Shown: piece by piece, positions 26,470 through 38,208 of the stretch
Layout of the letters: each line of letters starts with the position of its first letter
Position numbering within the stretch: position 1 is the first letter of the stretch
Origin: Pseudogymnoascus verrucosus
Taxonomy: Eukaryota
NCBI GenBank assembly: GCA_001662655.1
Contig: KV460271.1
DNA: 64,000 nt
Reading direction: 5' to 3' (one strand)
Notes under the pieces: generated by a model
The model's database searches: none
What the model saw: the letters and a program-made list of their open reading frames with translations, nothing else
What the model was told of the DNA's origin: nothing
Program-made: the position numbers and the translations under genes

Positions 26470-28805
26470 TTAGCCGTTTCCACCACACCCTGGGCAACTG
26501 TCACCCCAAGCTGGTCCACCTCCATTCGACCCTACCTTACAGTTGTCGAAACAGCGCGCGTTAACCCAGATTGGCGTGTGGAAACTTGCAAGCCACTCGA
26601 AGCCGAAATGCTGGTCCGGGGTGCCATCATAAAGGAAGTACTCGAAAGTCCAGTCAGATGGCTTAGACCCGATACAGCTGGCTATGGCCCCGAAAAATGC
26701 GTTTTTGCCAAAATCGGATGATGCCCATCCCACGCCTGAACATGTTAGAAATGCAGTACGTACATATGTCTCTCATTACGTACCCAAGATACCGAAATTG
26801 TCATAGGCGCCATGGTAGCTGCTTGTACAAGACCAAGATGGTGCTGTAGGCAGCGGGACGGCGCGATTATCAAATATTGGCTGAATTCTGAATTCAAGAC
26901 CTTGGGTTGTGTATGTGCCACCAAACTTGTAGTTCATGCTGCGAATGTTAGAGTTACATTGACTGGGGGTAGACTACACACATACGGGTTGGACTACATA
27001 AGTTAGCAAGGGCCTCTCAGACATGCAAGGTAAACATACAGGATCATTACCGTCGCAATTGTCCAAGATGGACTTGAAAGCTTGATTGCATAAGTCGGAA
27101 GACCATTTAGAAGATGCCATATTCCCGTTAATGAGCAAAGCGAAGTGCTCGGGGGTATCAGGAAAGAAGGTGCTGTTGATATTCCACGTATCGCCGGGCG
27201 ATATCCCTTTGCAGAAGTCTGGATATGTGTCGTACGCCAATTTTGGCGTTAAGTATGCCGGAGCAAGTGGCGGTTTAGACGAAACGCAGAACAAAGGGCT
27301 CGGTGGATCTGGTGGTGGACCAGCAAGGAACTGCGTGAGTGCGTCGGGTTGGTCCGCAAACATGACGAGGTCATAGTATTCGAGATTAGATTTCTGCGGA
27401 TTCATGCAAGTACAGTCTTTCCATGGATCGACGGTGCAAAGCTTCGTGTCCGATGTGCCTTGAGTAAGTGTATCAGCATGTATCAAATTTGCTTGCTATC
27501 CACCATCTTACCTGAACAGGAGGCCAGCGAGCACACCAGATTTGTGTTGTCCGGGTCACCCTCTTGCGAAGGGCAGTCCCCTGTGGTAGTTTTTGTTAAT
27601 GAACCTGAGATGGTATTATCTACACTAAGAGCGACGCTCAGAGACGTCCTAGACCGCTACGTTAGTCACTGGACAAGGATGAGGTAGTAAACCCACCAGA
27701 TATATGCGAGGGCGAACGCGACACCTGCGATGGCTGTCATAAGGTCCACAGTGACCCCAAATGCAGGTGCAGCAAGCTATAAGGCGAATTTAGCTCAGGA
27801 ACTGTCAATTCCGACTGGAAATTACCTACCGCCCATTGGGTTAGAAATTCCGTCTGTTCTGCTTGAACAGCGGCGTTTCTGAAGCCTGGAAATGGATTCG
27901 GAGGACTCGCTGACCGGAACATCAAGCTAATAGCCGAAGCAAGGCCTAGTCTTTGAATCAGCTTCCGACTTTAATGCTGCTGGAGATCTTACCGGAGAAA
28001 GAGTTGTACATCAGCGCGTTTGCGTGGAGACTGAGGCAGGTTGATGTGGTTGTGATGGCTCGCTTTGTACTGCCAATACCCACTGGCGATTGGCTGCTCG
28101 AGCAAGTCCCCGGGAGGCCCATGATCGTCATGAACGATTGAGCTTGACTATCAGTAAGACTGATGTGTAGATCTCCACTGCTAGGATTGATGCTGATTGT
28201 GGGAACTGCACTGCACAGGCTTTGCATCAGTCCCAAGCCTCACAGCTGCATAGGGTGATGACTTACGTGACCGTCGTCGGGGACGGTGGGAGGGTGAAAG
28301 TTGTCGTTTGGGAGCCACCTACTGCTACCACGCTTGTAGCACTTGCAATGTTCGAAGCCTGACTGAGCTGTGCAGGTGAAAGATGGATCGCGGAAGGGAC
28401 CGCAGTGTTGCTCAGTCGGTAATGCTCTATGACGATTGCAACGATAGCAACTAGCCCAGCAACAACCAGGCCAGCAAAACGTGGCTGCAATTGTCCAGCT
28501 TGAAGACTCTGTGTATTGAGCGCTGCCTGTATGGCTGTTTGACATTGTAGGCTGCCAGTCGTACCACAACTTCCAGAGATTGCATCTTGAACAGCTTTCT
28601 GAGTAGTTTCTGACAGATAAATATCAATGCCATTCGCAGGAATAGAGGTGATGGATCCAGGCGGTACATCTGTAGGAAGGTCTCGAGGTACCAGAGTAAC
28701 GGACGAGGCTTCCTCCAGAGTGAAAGTAGCCACGCCGGCTCCGAGAACAGGTCGCAGCAAGAGGCAAGTCGCAACTAGTGACGACAAAAGTCGTGGAAAG
28801 ATCAT
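26470..28805 (-). CDS. Secreted Cys-rich protein of unknown function, 9 exons
   Basis: Signal peptide MIFPRLLSSLVATCLLLRPVLG. Continuous frame obtained with canonical GT-AG introns including an 8-nt exon. Hydrophobic segments LVVAGLVAIVAIVI and LMTAIAGVAFALAYIW, KR site (STKR/AI), C-terminal CDGNDPSNPMNYKFGG...GWASSDFG...EWLASF...CGGNG. Confidence 0.8.
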
Positions 28806-29562
28806 ATTGGCGGGTGTTGTATGATGTTTCCCCAGAACTTGAAGTTCTTGAGAGAAAACTGCAAAAAGTATAGATTATGAGAATGGAGGGTAATATTTCG
28901 GCACCATCTTCGTTGCGAGTGAAAAAGTCCCTCGGCCGTCCGAGACAAGGATATCATGGGTGGTATCATAGCTCCTTGGTGAGAGCTCTCATATCACAAC
29001 AGCTAACGATATGGGCGACAGGGATGGTTGGAATAATGTAAAGGAAATGATTTTACGCATGTCAGAGAGTAGTGTCGTCGGAGATTGATGGAGCCTAAAT
29101 TAACCGCATGCAGGTACCAGGAGATCGGGGTTTAGCGCTTATGGAAGGTAAGCGGACCGCGTGGGGGCCATGCTAAGGCGTACAAGGATTTCGTGCGTCG
29201 GACAAAAAACAATATCGGTTGATGATCTGCCTCATCTCACGTCAGTCATCTCCGTGTTGCAATGTCTCTGGTTCCGTGATCCTTGCCTTCCTTCTGAGCT
29301 TATGAATTGCTGCTCATGTGAGTTCATCCTTGTTTACCATCCTTGTTCCGTCCTTAGCAGAGTATGTCGCCGAAAAAGCTTCGGGTTTAGCCGTTGAGAT
29401 CACAAGTCTAGTGGCGTGTGAGAGTGTGGGAGAGTGCACGTATAGTTTTCCAAACATCGCCTCAAGTGAGGGTTTCACAAGGCAAAATACTTGCCTCATC
29501 CGCAGAAAGTTTCCTGTCGAAGGTCTTCCTGTTCGGAGAGCACACGAGGACCTGCTTCAATT

Positions 29563-31166
29563 ATGTATTCCACTCACTTTCTGTCGGCTCTTTGCCTGAG
29601 CGCTACAACTACCGCCTATGTCATTGATACAACATCTTGCAATCTTGTCGCCCAAGCATTTCTCGCCGAGAAGCTCACCTGTGCCTTTGATATGGCCACG
29701 AATGTTGTCACCGAGCTCCGTGGGCCGGTTAGACAAGAAGTTCAGACTTTGATGGACCACCTGTGGGCTCCAACCGCTGACCCATCCTTTTATCCTACAC
29801 CCCAAGAAGCAATCTTATGTACGCTATGTCTCGGTCATGATGAAGTCTAGTTCTAACAAGCTAATTACACAATGTTGAAGGTCGCTTTGGTGGAACTTGT
29901 CCGAGAAACAAGGCGCGCGCAGACTACTTCCAGTACGCTGTTGGTAGCAATTATCAGTTTCCTCGAGGTATCTCGAGCATGGCGGATCCGGCGGCAGATC
30001 TTCGTGGACCCTCAGGTGCGACCAGAGCCGCTGCAGGCGACGTGGTAAGGATCATCGGATACACTTTAATCGACTCAAACTAATTCAACACAAGGTTTTT
30101 TACTGCTCGTCGGAAAGATACAAAGACATCACAGATCAGGACGGCAATGCTCGTATCAAAGATACGAGTATTGTCGAGTTCGTGGACGATGATGAAGAGG
30201 ATCCAAGAAAAATATGTATCGGCGCTCTGGCTTACACGTGGGTCAGCGATGATGCAACCAGACCATCCCAGATTACACTTTGTCCATGGTTCCTGGTATG
30301 TCTTTCCCCTCCTACATGATTCCTTGATGCTGAGCTTGGAGAACAGTCTTACGTTCAAGGACTGAAGTTTCCGAACTGCGGGACATGGCGGCAGAAGCTA
30401 GTGGGGTTACTAGGTCGTCCCATTGCGCAGATTTCCGCCAAGGTCTGGCCATTCACACCCATAGACTTGCTCTCACTCTTCGATAAAGTTGTAGTACACG
30501 AGGTATACAGCATCTTCAAATCTACCTTTACACGTGTTCAAGTACTAATCTTGTCGTCACTCGTCAGCTCACTCATACGAGACATGGAGGCAAAACATTT
30601 GACTCCCCGGTCGATGTCAACGCTGGCTCAGGAGTGGCATTTAGTAACGTCGCATATGGTGAGTAGAGAAGTTCCACTGAGCTTCATAGAGTGCCGCTAA
30701 ATGATTCAGGATGGAAAAACTGTAGGAAGATCTCAACGAATTTACCTGACAACGGTGGCCCGGACTACGGAAAGCCAATGAACAACGCTGATTCCTATGG
30801 ACTCTTCGCTTCGGGTAAGTTCATTATTTTTCAAATTCCACTTACGAAGATTGACACAAAACAGGTGTTCGTGTGATCGGGGCCGGAGGATCTATCGACG
30901 AAAATGGCAAAGTCACAAAAGCTTCGAGTTCTTCAAAGGCAAAACGTGCTCTGACCGCTGTGGAGAAGGAGGAGTTGGGGTCTCTCGCTGCATTTTTTGA
31001 CGAAGAAAGCTGCGATGGCGGAAAAGAGGCAGATATGGCGATGTGGGGGCCGGTCTTCAACTCAACTTTCTTTCCTGAAGGTACGAGCTTATCGGAGGAG
31101 CAGAAGGGAATGGTTGTGAAGGCACTAATGGGTAATATGCCCGGAGAAGCAGCCCATGACCATTAG
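29563..31166 (+). CDS. Secreted zinc metalloprotease-like protein (M35/aspzincin-like), 7 exons
   Basis: Signal peptide MYSTHFLSALCLSATTTA. Spliced product contains VFYC, ITLCPWFL, VVHE|LTH, D...AY|GW..C and NNADSYGLFA. KR site before an acidic C-terminal tail. Confidence 0.8.
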
Positions 31167-31317
31167 TGTGTATCGAATCGTGTCTAGATAGTGTCTATAT
31201 ATGACATATCTAGTACTTCTAGCCTTTAGCGCATTGTTTGTTCACAATCTCTCGTTCACTTCTTGTCAGACTATCATGGGACGAGTGTGTTCATATCGGC
31301 TGTCATTCGCAACTTTA

Positions 31318-32187
31318 TTAAGACGGCCACACCGCAAAGGAATCGCTTTCCATGCCTTCCCATGTCAAGATCTTCATGACTGGCAACCATACCCTAAAAA
31401 CATCTAGCCTCTCTACCAGTGGCCTTATCTGAGTTCTCAATGCTTCTCTGCAACTACCATCGTCTCTCCACATGCGATCATCCGTCTCGGCTGCCTGTAA
31501 ATGCAAATGTACTTCCCGTAATCCCTTCAGTTCCGACAATGTCTTCCAAACCATCGCTTGTGACAGCTCATTGTCTTCTATCTCGTTCGGTGCGAGTGGA
31601 AATCTGTCGAAACGTAAAATGAGCACCAGACGCTGCATGGCTTGTAACCTTTGCGGTAGGACTAGCGTATGAAGATGCTTGACAAGATGCAAGTTCTCCA
31701 ACTGAAAGGTGTTTGCCGAATACAGCAGGTTGATTGCCTCAGAATATACCAGTCGGCATGTCAAGAGCAGACTCAGGATCTTCTGTACAGGATCTTTGGG
31801 TCTGCCACCTCGGGGGGACCAACAATTATGCCATGGATCTATGAACAGATCTTGCCGTCCGTATTTGCAGTGATAGTGCCGTAGGTATGGTGAAAGACGA
31901 TTATCATCCTGCGTCTCGAGACCGAGGTGGATGTTGCGATTGCCAAGGACGAGAGTGTATATCTGGAGGCGTAGCTCGGTGGGAAGAAGAAATATCGGGG
32001 ACACTTCCTGGGGATGTGCTATTGTGGGTGGGGGCAGAGGGTCGCTGGAGGGTTCCTCCAAAGATGGGATTTCGCCCACAGTCAGACGACGAGATCGTGG
32101 TGGGAGGGGCTTGGGTGGCGAACGCTCGCCCTTCTTCTTTCTCCGAGATGTGAACCCGAGCAAGAATGCAAGCGGGTGAGGTTGCAT
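31318..32187 (-). CDS. Non-secreted hypothetical protein with F-box-like motif (DUF7730-like fungal family)
   Basis: ATG at 32187 (MQPHP); SPIFLLPTELRLQIYTLVLG and LLLTCRLVYSEAINLLYSANTF. Intronless. Confidence 0.75.
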   Translation of the reverse strand: MQPHPLAFLLGFTSRRKKKGERSPPKPLPPRSRRLTVGEIPSLEEPSSDPLPPPTIAHPQEVSPIFLLPTELRLQIYTLVLGNRNIHLGLETQDDNRLSPYLRHYHCKYGRQDLFIDPWHNCWSPRGGRPKDPVQKILSLLLTCRLVYSEAINLLYSANTFQLENLHLVKHLHTLVLPQRLQAMQRLVLILRFDRFPLAPNEIEDNELSQAMVWKTLSELKGLREVHLHLQAAETDDRMWRDDGSCREALRTQIRPLVERLDVFRVWLPVMKILTWEGMESDSFAVWPS

Positions 32188-33225
32188 GGTAGGAGAATTG
32201 GTCGGCACCAGATACGAGAAAAGCGATGCCGGGTGATTAAGGACAATGTGGCTATGGTCGCATATTGAAGGAGCGTTGAATGATCGATGTCCCTCAAACA
32301 CGCATTTTGATGGCTTGAGGCGGAGCTCGTAATTTCTTAGAGGTAAGGCTTTACCTGTCCGGGATCGTCGGCTAGTCATGCTAACTAGCCATCGAGGGTC
32401 GGACCGGATACGCCGCACGGTTACACAATCTAGCGCTTACCCTACAGGCCTACACTAATGCTTGTTTGTACTGTACCTTGCTTTCCCGGCCCCACAATGT
32501 TATTATCACATGGAACTTGTCAGCCCCGAATCCTGCAAGTGTACCGGGTCGCAACACATGGCGCGAATCGGAGAAGATCGTCTGCGTTTCTGTGCGCGTA
32601 GGGGCACTAGGCATAGTAAAGGGGATTATGGGCAAGGTTGATACCCTTGTCACGTCTTACTGCATTTCCTAAACTTAAGAGAATGGTCACAAGCTTTGAT
32701 AAACATGCAGGAGCAGGGTTCAAAATATACCCGGTGAGACAGAAGATTGTCAATAATAATACCAGCCTTTGCGAAATGAAGGCCGCGGGAGGATGGTGGT
32801 GGAGGAGTACGTAGCAGGTCGGAATTACGACTCATTCCAATAAATGCAGCTGTCAGCATGGCACACATGAGGGAAACGTGGACCTGTAGACACGACAGAC
32901 TGGCGGCTCCTTACACCACCCTGGAATCTCACGATTTCGTCCTATGCAGAATCATATTTGAAATTTTTGAGCAGTTTTCTGGGAAGAGAATGTGCTTGTC
33001 TCTTTCAGAACGTTGGCACGGTGACCAAGGCGCCTTCTAAACCTCATAACAATTATAGTACGTTATTTTATATACCAACACAGTAATCACTTCCAAGCCA
33101 TAAATTCGTGCACCTGGCATCCAACAAAGTATCCCAGCTCTTGAAGTCCACATCGCTCATAACAAACTTCGCCTCTACAACTGCACAAGTATCCTCCAAG
33201 GCATCTGTATGATAGTTGTAGTTGT

Positions 33226-34954
33226 TCAAGAAGACTGAGCCACACAGTAGGTGTTTCCAATGGCTAGATATTCGCAGTTCGAACCAATGCTAGGATTCCA
33301 TGCTAGGAGCTGTGCGAAAGTGATGCTATAACTGGCCTCGATGGCAGCACACGAATCACCGGCGACAACGGTATAGCTTTTTGTGCATGAAGATGTCTGT
33401 GTAGGCTGACTAGATGTCGTGGTAGTCGTTCCCGCGGACTGAGAAACACAATACGTGTTCCCAACGGCCAGATATTCGCAGTTCGAACCGATGCTAGGAT
33501 TCCATGCTAGGAGCTGTGCGAAAGTGATGCCATAGCTGGCCTCGATGGCGGCACACGAATCACCGGCGACAACGGTATAGCTTTTTGTGCATGACGATGT
33601 CTGTGTAGGCTGACTAGATGTCGTGGTAGTGGTTCCCGCGGACTGAGAAACACAATACGTGTTCCCAATGGCAAGATACTCGCAATTTGAACCGATGCTG
33701 GGATTCCACGCCAAGAGCTGTGCGAAAGTAATGCTGTAAGCGGCCTGGATAGCAGCGCATGAGTCGCCAGCCACTACTGTGTACGATTTAACACAAGTGG
33801 AAGTTGGACTAGCTGTCGTGGTTGTGCTCGTAGTTGTGCTTGGTACAGTGGTTGTTACATTGACCGTGGAGTTGTAGCAGCTGTTGATAGGAAATCGCCA
33901 TGTACTGTAATCAGTGTCGTTGAAATTACTGCTGTTGAAATTCGTGCTAGAAGACCAAGGCCAATTTATGCAGTAGAAGTAGCCGGTGTCGAAGCCTGTG
34001 CAATTGGTCGGGTTTATGCTGTTCCACTGGGTGAATTCGACTAGTGAGAAGTTGCCAAATGTCTGGGGAACACTGGTGCAATTGTCGGTTTCCGTCGCTC
34101 TGTACCAAGCTGTACAGTCGGAAACGGTGCAATTGGGGAGCGGTGATGGGAGACCAGGACCAGAAAAAACTGCTGGGCTAGGTCGGTATGCTTGAGCTTG
34201 CACACAGTAGTAGTTGCCGATTACAAGATTTGAGCAGTCGTAGTTTACAGCTGGATTCCAGGAGATGAACTGGGCTTCATTGAAGCCGAAAAAGTAGTCT
34301 GTGATCGAGGTACAATTGTCACCCTTTGGCTGTCAGTCATAAATTTGTTGTAATGGCTTCGGGATAGACATACAGCCACGGCTTGATAGTATGTTTCGCA
34401 GCCACTGTAAATTCCTGCCTGGACGGGACTCGGCACTCCAAAAGGCTGCAGCTCTGTGACAGTTGGCTGAGCGTTGATTACTGTCGATGAGATGTATGAG
34501 TAAGGCTGGAGAGTAGCGGTTGTCGTTGGAGAGGTTGTAGATATCGGCTTGCTCGTAGTCGTAATAGTTGGGGCTGCCGAAGTTGTGGTGCATTTTGTCA
34601 CTGTGGCGTCGACACCGACACATACACTATAGCCAACCCAAAGATTTAGACAAGTACTTCCGACTGCTGGGTTCCATGCATAGCTACAATGTTAGCATTC
34701 AAGCAGAACAGCAGAACGGAGACTTACAATTGTGCAAGAGTGAATGCATTCTTATATGCTGTGACAATAGCATCGCAAGAGTCACCGGTCGAAACTACGT
34801 AGTAGTTGTTGCAGTTACAAGGAATTCCTGTCTGATACACCGCAGGTGCAGAAGTTGTTGTTGTTGCCCTCCGATCGTGTTTGTGTACAATTGAACGGGG
34901 TACGAGAGCTTCGCATGCTCCGAGCAGAGTCAGGATTACCAGTAGAAGATGCAT
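33226..34954 (-). CDS. Secreted LysM (CBM50) protein with six fungal LysM domains, 3 exons
   Basis: Signal peptide. Six C..Y.V..GD.C..I......F..WNP....C......YC-type units separated by T/S linkers. No catalytic domain. Confidence 0.93.
33229..33800 (-). repeat. Three 204-bp tandem repeats encoding LysM4-6
   Basis: Equivalent positions at 33271, 33475 and 33679; near-identical 68-aa units. Confidence 0.92.
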
Positions 34955-35786
34955 CGTAAATTTGTTTCAATGTGTCGAGAAAGACAGAGACCTGGCTGGG
35001 CTCAGTGGAATCTGATTTTCGAACTTCGGATATAGCTATGCTTCACTTCTCGGAGGACTGAAAAAGCTCAGCGCGCCTTGGGAAATTCTCTCTCCAGATC
35101 GAACGCCAGACATAACGAGGTGCGATCGATCTCGTGCTAGCCAGACATGACGAGGTAATATTGACTTACTCGTGCCCCCAGTTTTGCTAACATGCGAATT
35201 TCAGAGACCTGCTCGGGTAAGCACGAGGTAATCCTGAGATTAGTTTCTGTGTACCATGCATCTCTTCGCATCCTGGCAATGTCATATGATACTTGCCAAC
35301 GCTAACCGCTTGCAAGGATTTGAGATGCAAGGGAAGGGTATAATATTACAACCCTTGCTTCTGATTGCGACCCCCACTTCTTCCCAGCATGTTATTTACC
35401 CAAGATTGCTGTTTGCGATCTTATCAACTATCTAGAGCAATGCCAGTAAAGAGAGAACATAAATCTCTAGGGTAGTGATCGGCACCTCAGGTAGCCTTAC
35501 ATTGCTCATCTCCGTTGCCTGCATTCTGTCCGGCCTTGTAGGATCCGATCGCCGGCAGGGGACTGCCTCATTTGACAGAATCTGACTGTGTATCATCAGC
35601 CAGTCTAATGGGCCCCTCAGTACTCGAAGATGACTGTGAAATTCAGGGAAATGCAACTTCTGCCCCCGCACGCTCCGTGTGGGAGTAAAGATTCGGATTA
35701 TGACAGATACCTCCGAATCTTCACACATGTAGAACAAAGAAACAGAAAGTTGTTGTACTCATTCCGTACTGTCGAATCGACCTAAT

Positions 35787-37742
35787 ATGACTTCAACTCG
35801 AACAGTGGCAGCCTGGCTTGCCACCTTTGGTCTTCTTTTATTTTCCGTTCTTGCCCAAGATTATACCTGTAGCCCCACCAAGCCATGCGCGATAGGATGC
35901 TGTTCAAATGGGTAAGAGCGAAGCACAGTGGAAACGTTTGACGCCAGACCGACTGATATTTTCCAGAGGTGTTTGTGGACTGGGACCTGTCTTTTGCGCC
36001 GCAGAAAATTGCACTTCCAGCTGTGGCTACAAGAGCGAATGTGATCCTGGATGGGGTATGCAATGGAGTAACGCCTCAACGTGTCCGTTAAATGTCTGCT
36101 GCAGTGCTTTTGGTGAGTTAAGACCAGCTGCGAGGAATCTGCGAGGAATCGTGGTAGGTGGAAGGCTAATGGAAACAGGATTTTGTGGAAGCACTGCCGA
36201 CTTTTGTGGCGACACAAAGGTTCCCGAACCATCGTGTAGCGGCAATTCTGCAACGAACGGTCGTGTTATCGGATATTATGAAGGCTGGAACTTGGAGAGA
36301 TCTTGCAATAGTAAGGAAGCATCCGTCATGGAGATAACAACGTGCTGACAACTATTCAAGCAATGGCACCAGAAGATGTAACACTTGGCTACTGGACTCA
36401 CATCAATTTCGCCTTTGCGTATATCGACCCGGGTACTTTTGAGATAGCACCAATGTCGAACGACGTATGCTTTTCTATCAAGATTCAATGTCTTCTGAGC
36501 TCACATTTTTTCAGGTCGCGGCGTTATATCAACGTATCTCCGCCCTTAAACAGAAACAGAACGGCTTAGAGGTCTGGATCAGTGTGGGTGGCTGGTCATT
36601 CAACGATCCAGGCTCAACAGCTACCACTTTTTCAAACCTTGCGCGTTCAACATCCGCGCAGAGTGCTTTCTTCAAGTCTCTGATTTCTTTCTTGGTGAAC
36701 AACAATTTCGATGGCGTCGACCTCGATTGGTATGTGGTTGGCTCTGATTCGCCATCGTTGACTAACGCAAGGGCAGGGAGTATCCAGTAGCACCGGATCG
36801 ATTCGGATCTCCAGATGATTTTGTTAATTATGTCTCGTTTTTGAAGAACCTCCGTGCGGCTTTTGACAACGCGGGGTTGTCGCACAGGTTTGGAATCTCC
36901 CTCACGCTGGTACGCACACCAAGCTCTCTGCTCAGCGTTTCTCGCTAAATTGTACAATAGCCATCTTCATATTGGTACCTCCAAGGTTTCGACATCGCCG
37001 GCATGGAGCCTATTCTTGACTGGTTCAACGTTATGACCTACGACTTGCACGGAACTTGGGACTCTAGCGTCAAGAGCATTGGAAACATCGTTCAAGCACA
37101 TACAAATCTCACGGAAATTAACCTAGCACTTCAACTGCTGTGGCGGAATAATATCGACCCCGCCAAGGTGAACATGGGTCTGGGCTTCTATGGTCGAAGT
37201 ATGTACCTCATCTGCTTGCAAGCGGTATACTAATTCGATTTTGTGCAGGCTTCACGCTCACCGATCCGTCATGTTCGGCAACGGGATGCCCATTCAGTGC
37301 CGGCGGTAACGCAGGGCCTTGTACAGCCACTGCCGGGATTCTATCATCTGTCGAGATTGGGGACGTCATCAGTGCTGGAGCCACTGTGACCTTGGACAAG
37401 GATGCAGCAGTCAAGATTGTGACATGGGGAGGGAACCAGTGGGTACGTACACTTATCTAGCAAAGAGAGCATGGCTCGCTCAAGTGACCGAATTGACCTT
37501 CCTTAGGTGTCGTACGATGATGGTGAGACGATGAAAACGAAGCTTCAATACGCAAATTCGAAGTGCTTAGGAGGGTAAGTCCTGATTATTCTCAAATCAC
37601 ATCATGCAACTAATGTTGGTTTAGAACACTTGTATGGGCGATGGACCTGGATAACGGCACGATGATAGGAGATATGGGAAAGACTAGCAATATCTCGAAG
37701 AAAGTCGTTACGGGGGACTACAGTGGATTGTGGTTCTATTAA
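35787..37742 (+). CDS. GH18 chitinase, subgroup C (killer-toxin-alpha-like) with two CBM18 domains, multi-exon
   Basis: Signal peptide; CSPTKPCAIGCCS and CPLNVCCSAFG|FCG; RVIGYYEGW, THINFAF, ISVGGWSFND, FDGVDLDW|EYP, NVMTYDLHGTWD, LGFYGRS, LVWAMDLD. Stop ~30 aa after the catalytic domain. Confidence 0.95.
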
Positions 37743-38208
37743 ACACAGTACGATGAGTTCAATCTTGCGATAGAACATATGGACGTAGCATCAGATTATC
37801 ATGAAGCATGTTATTGAACGCATCACTATATGAACTGCTATGAGGTCCGCTCTATATATAGCATGGTGCATCCGATCCAACAGTGCTGCGATAGCGTGAG
37901 CTGAGGTCGGACGTCGAGCTCGTAGTATTATAGGTGCTGTAATGAAAGGGAAGAACCTACCAGTCATCGATGGTGTGAATACGGCTGGAACCGCAATGAG
38001 AGAGACGACAAGCCTCGTCGAAGGCAATGAAGGGGGAAAAGTGGTGGAACTCGTGGTTACGCTCGATTGTGCGCTGTTTAGTTGTTTCCGTGCGGCTCTT
38101 AGGCGCAGTCCACGGAAGCCAGTGCCCGGGGATCGGATGGATATTCCGTTAGGCTTAGCTCTAGCGCATTGATCTGTCCTAAAGCATCCCTAACAAAGCG
38201 AATAGATA

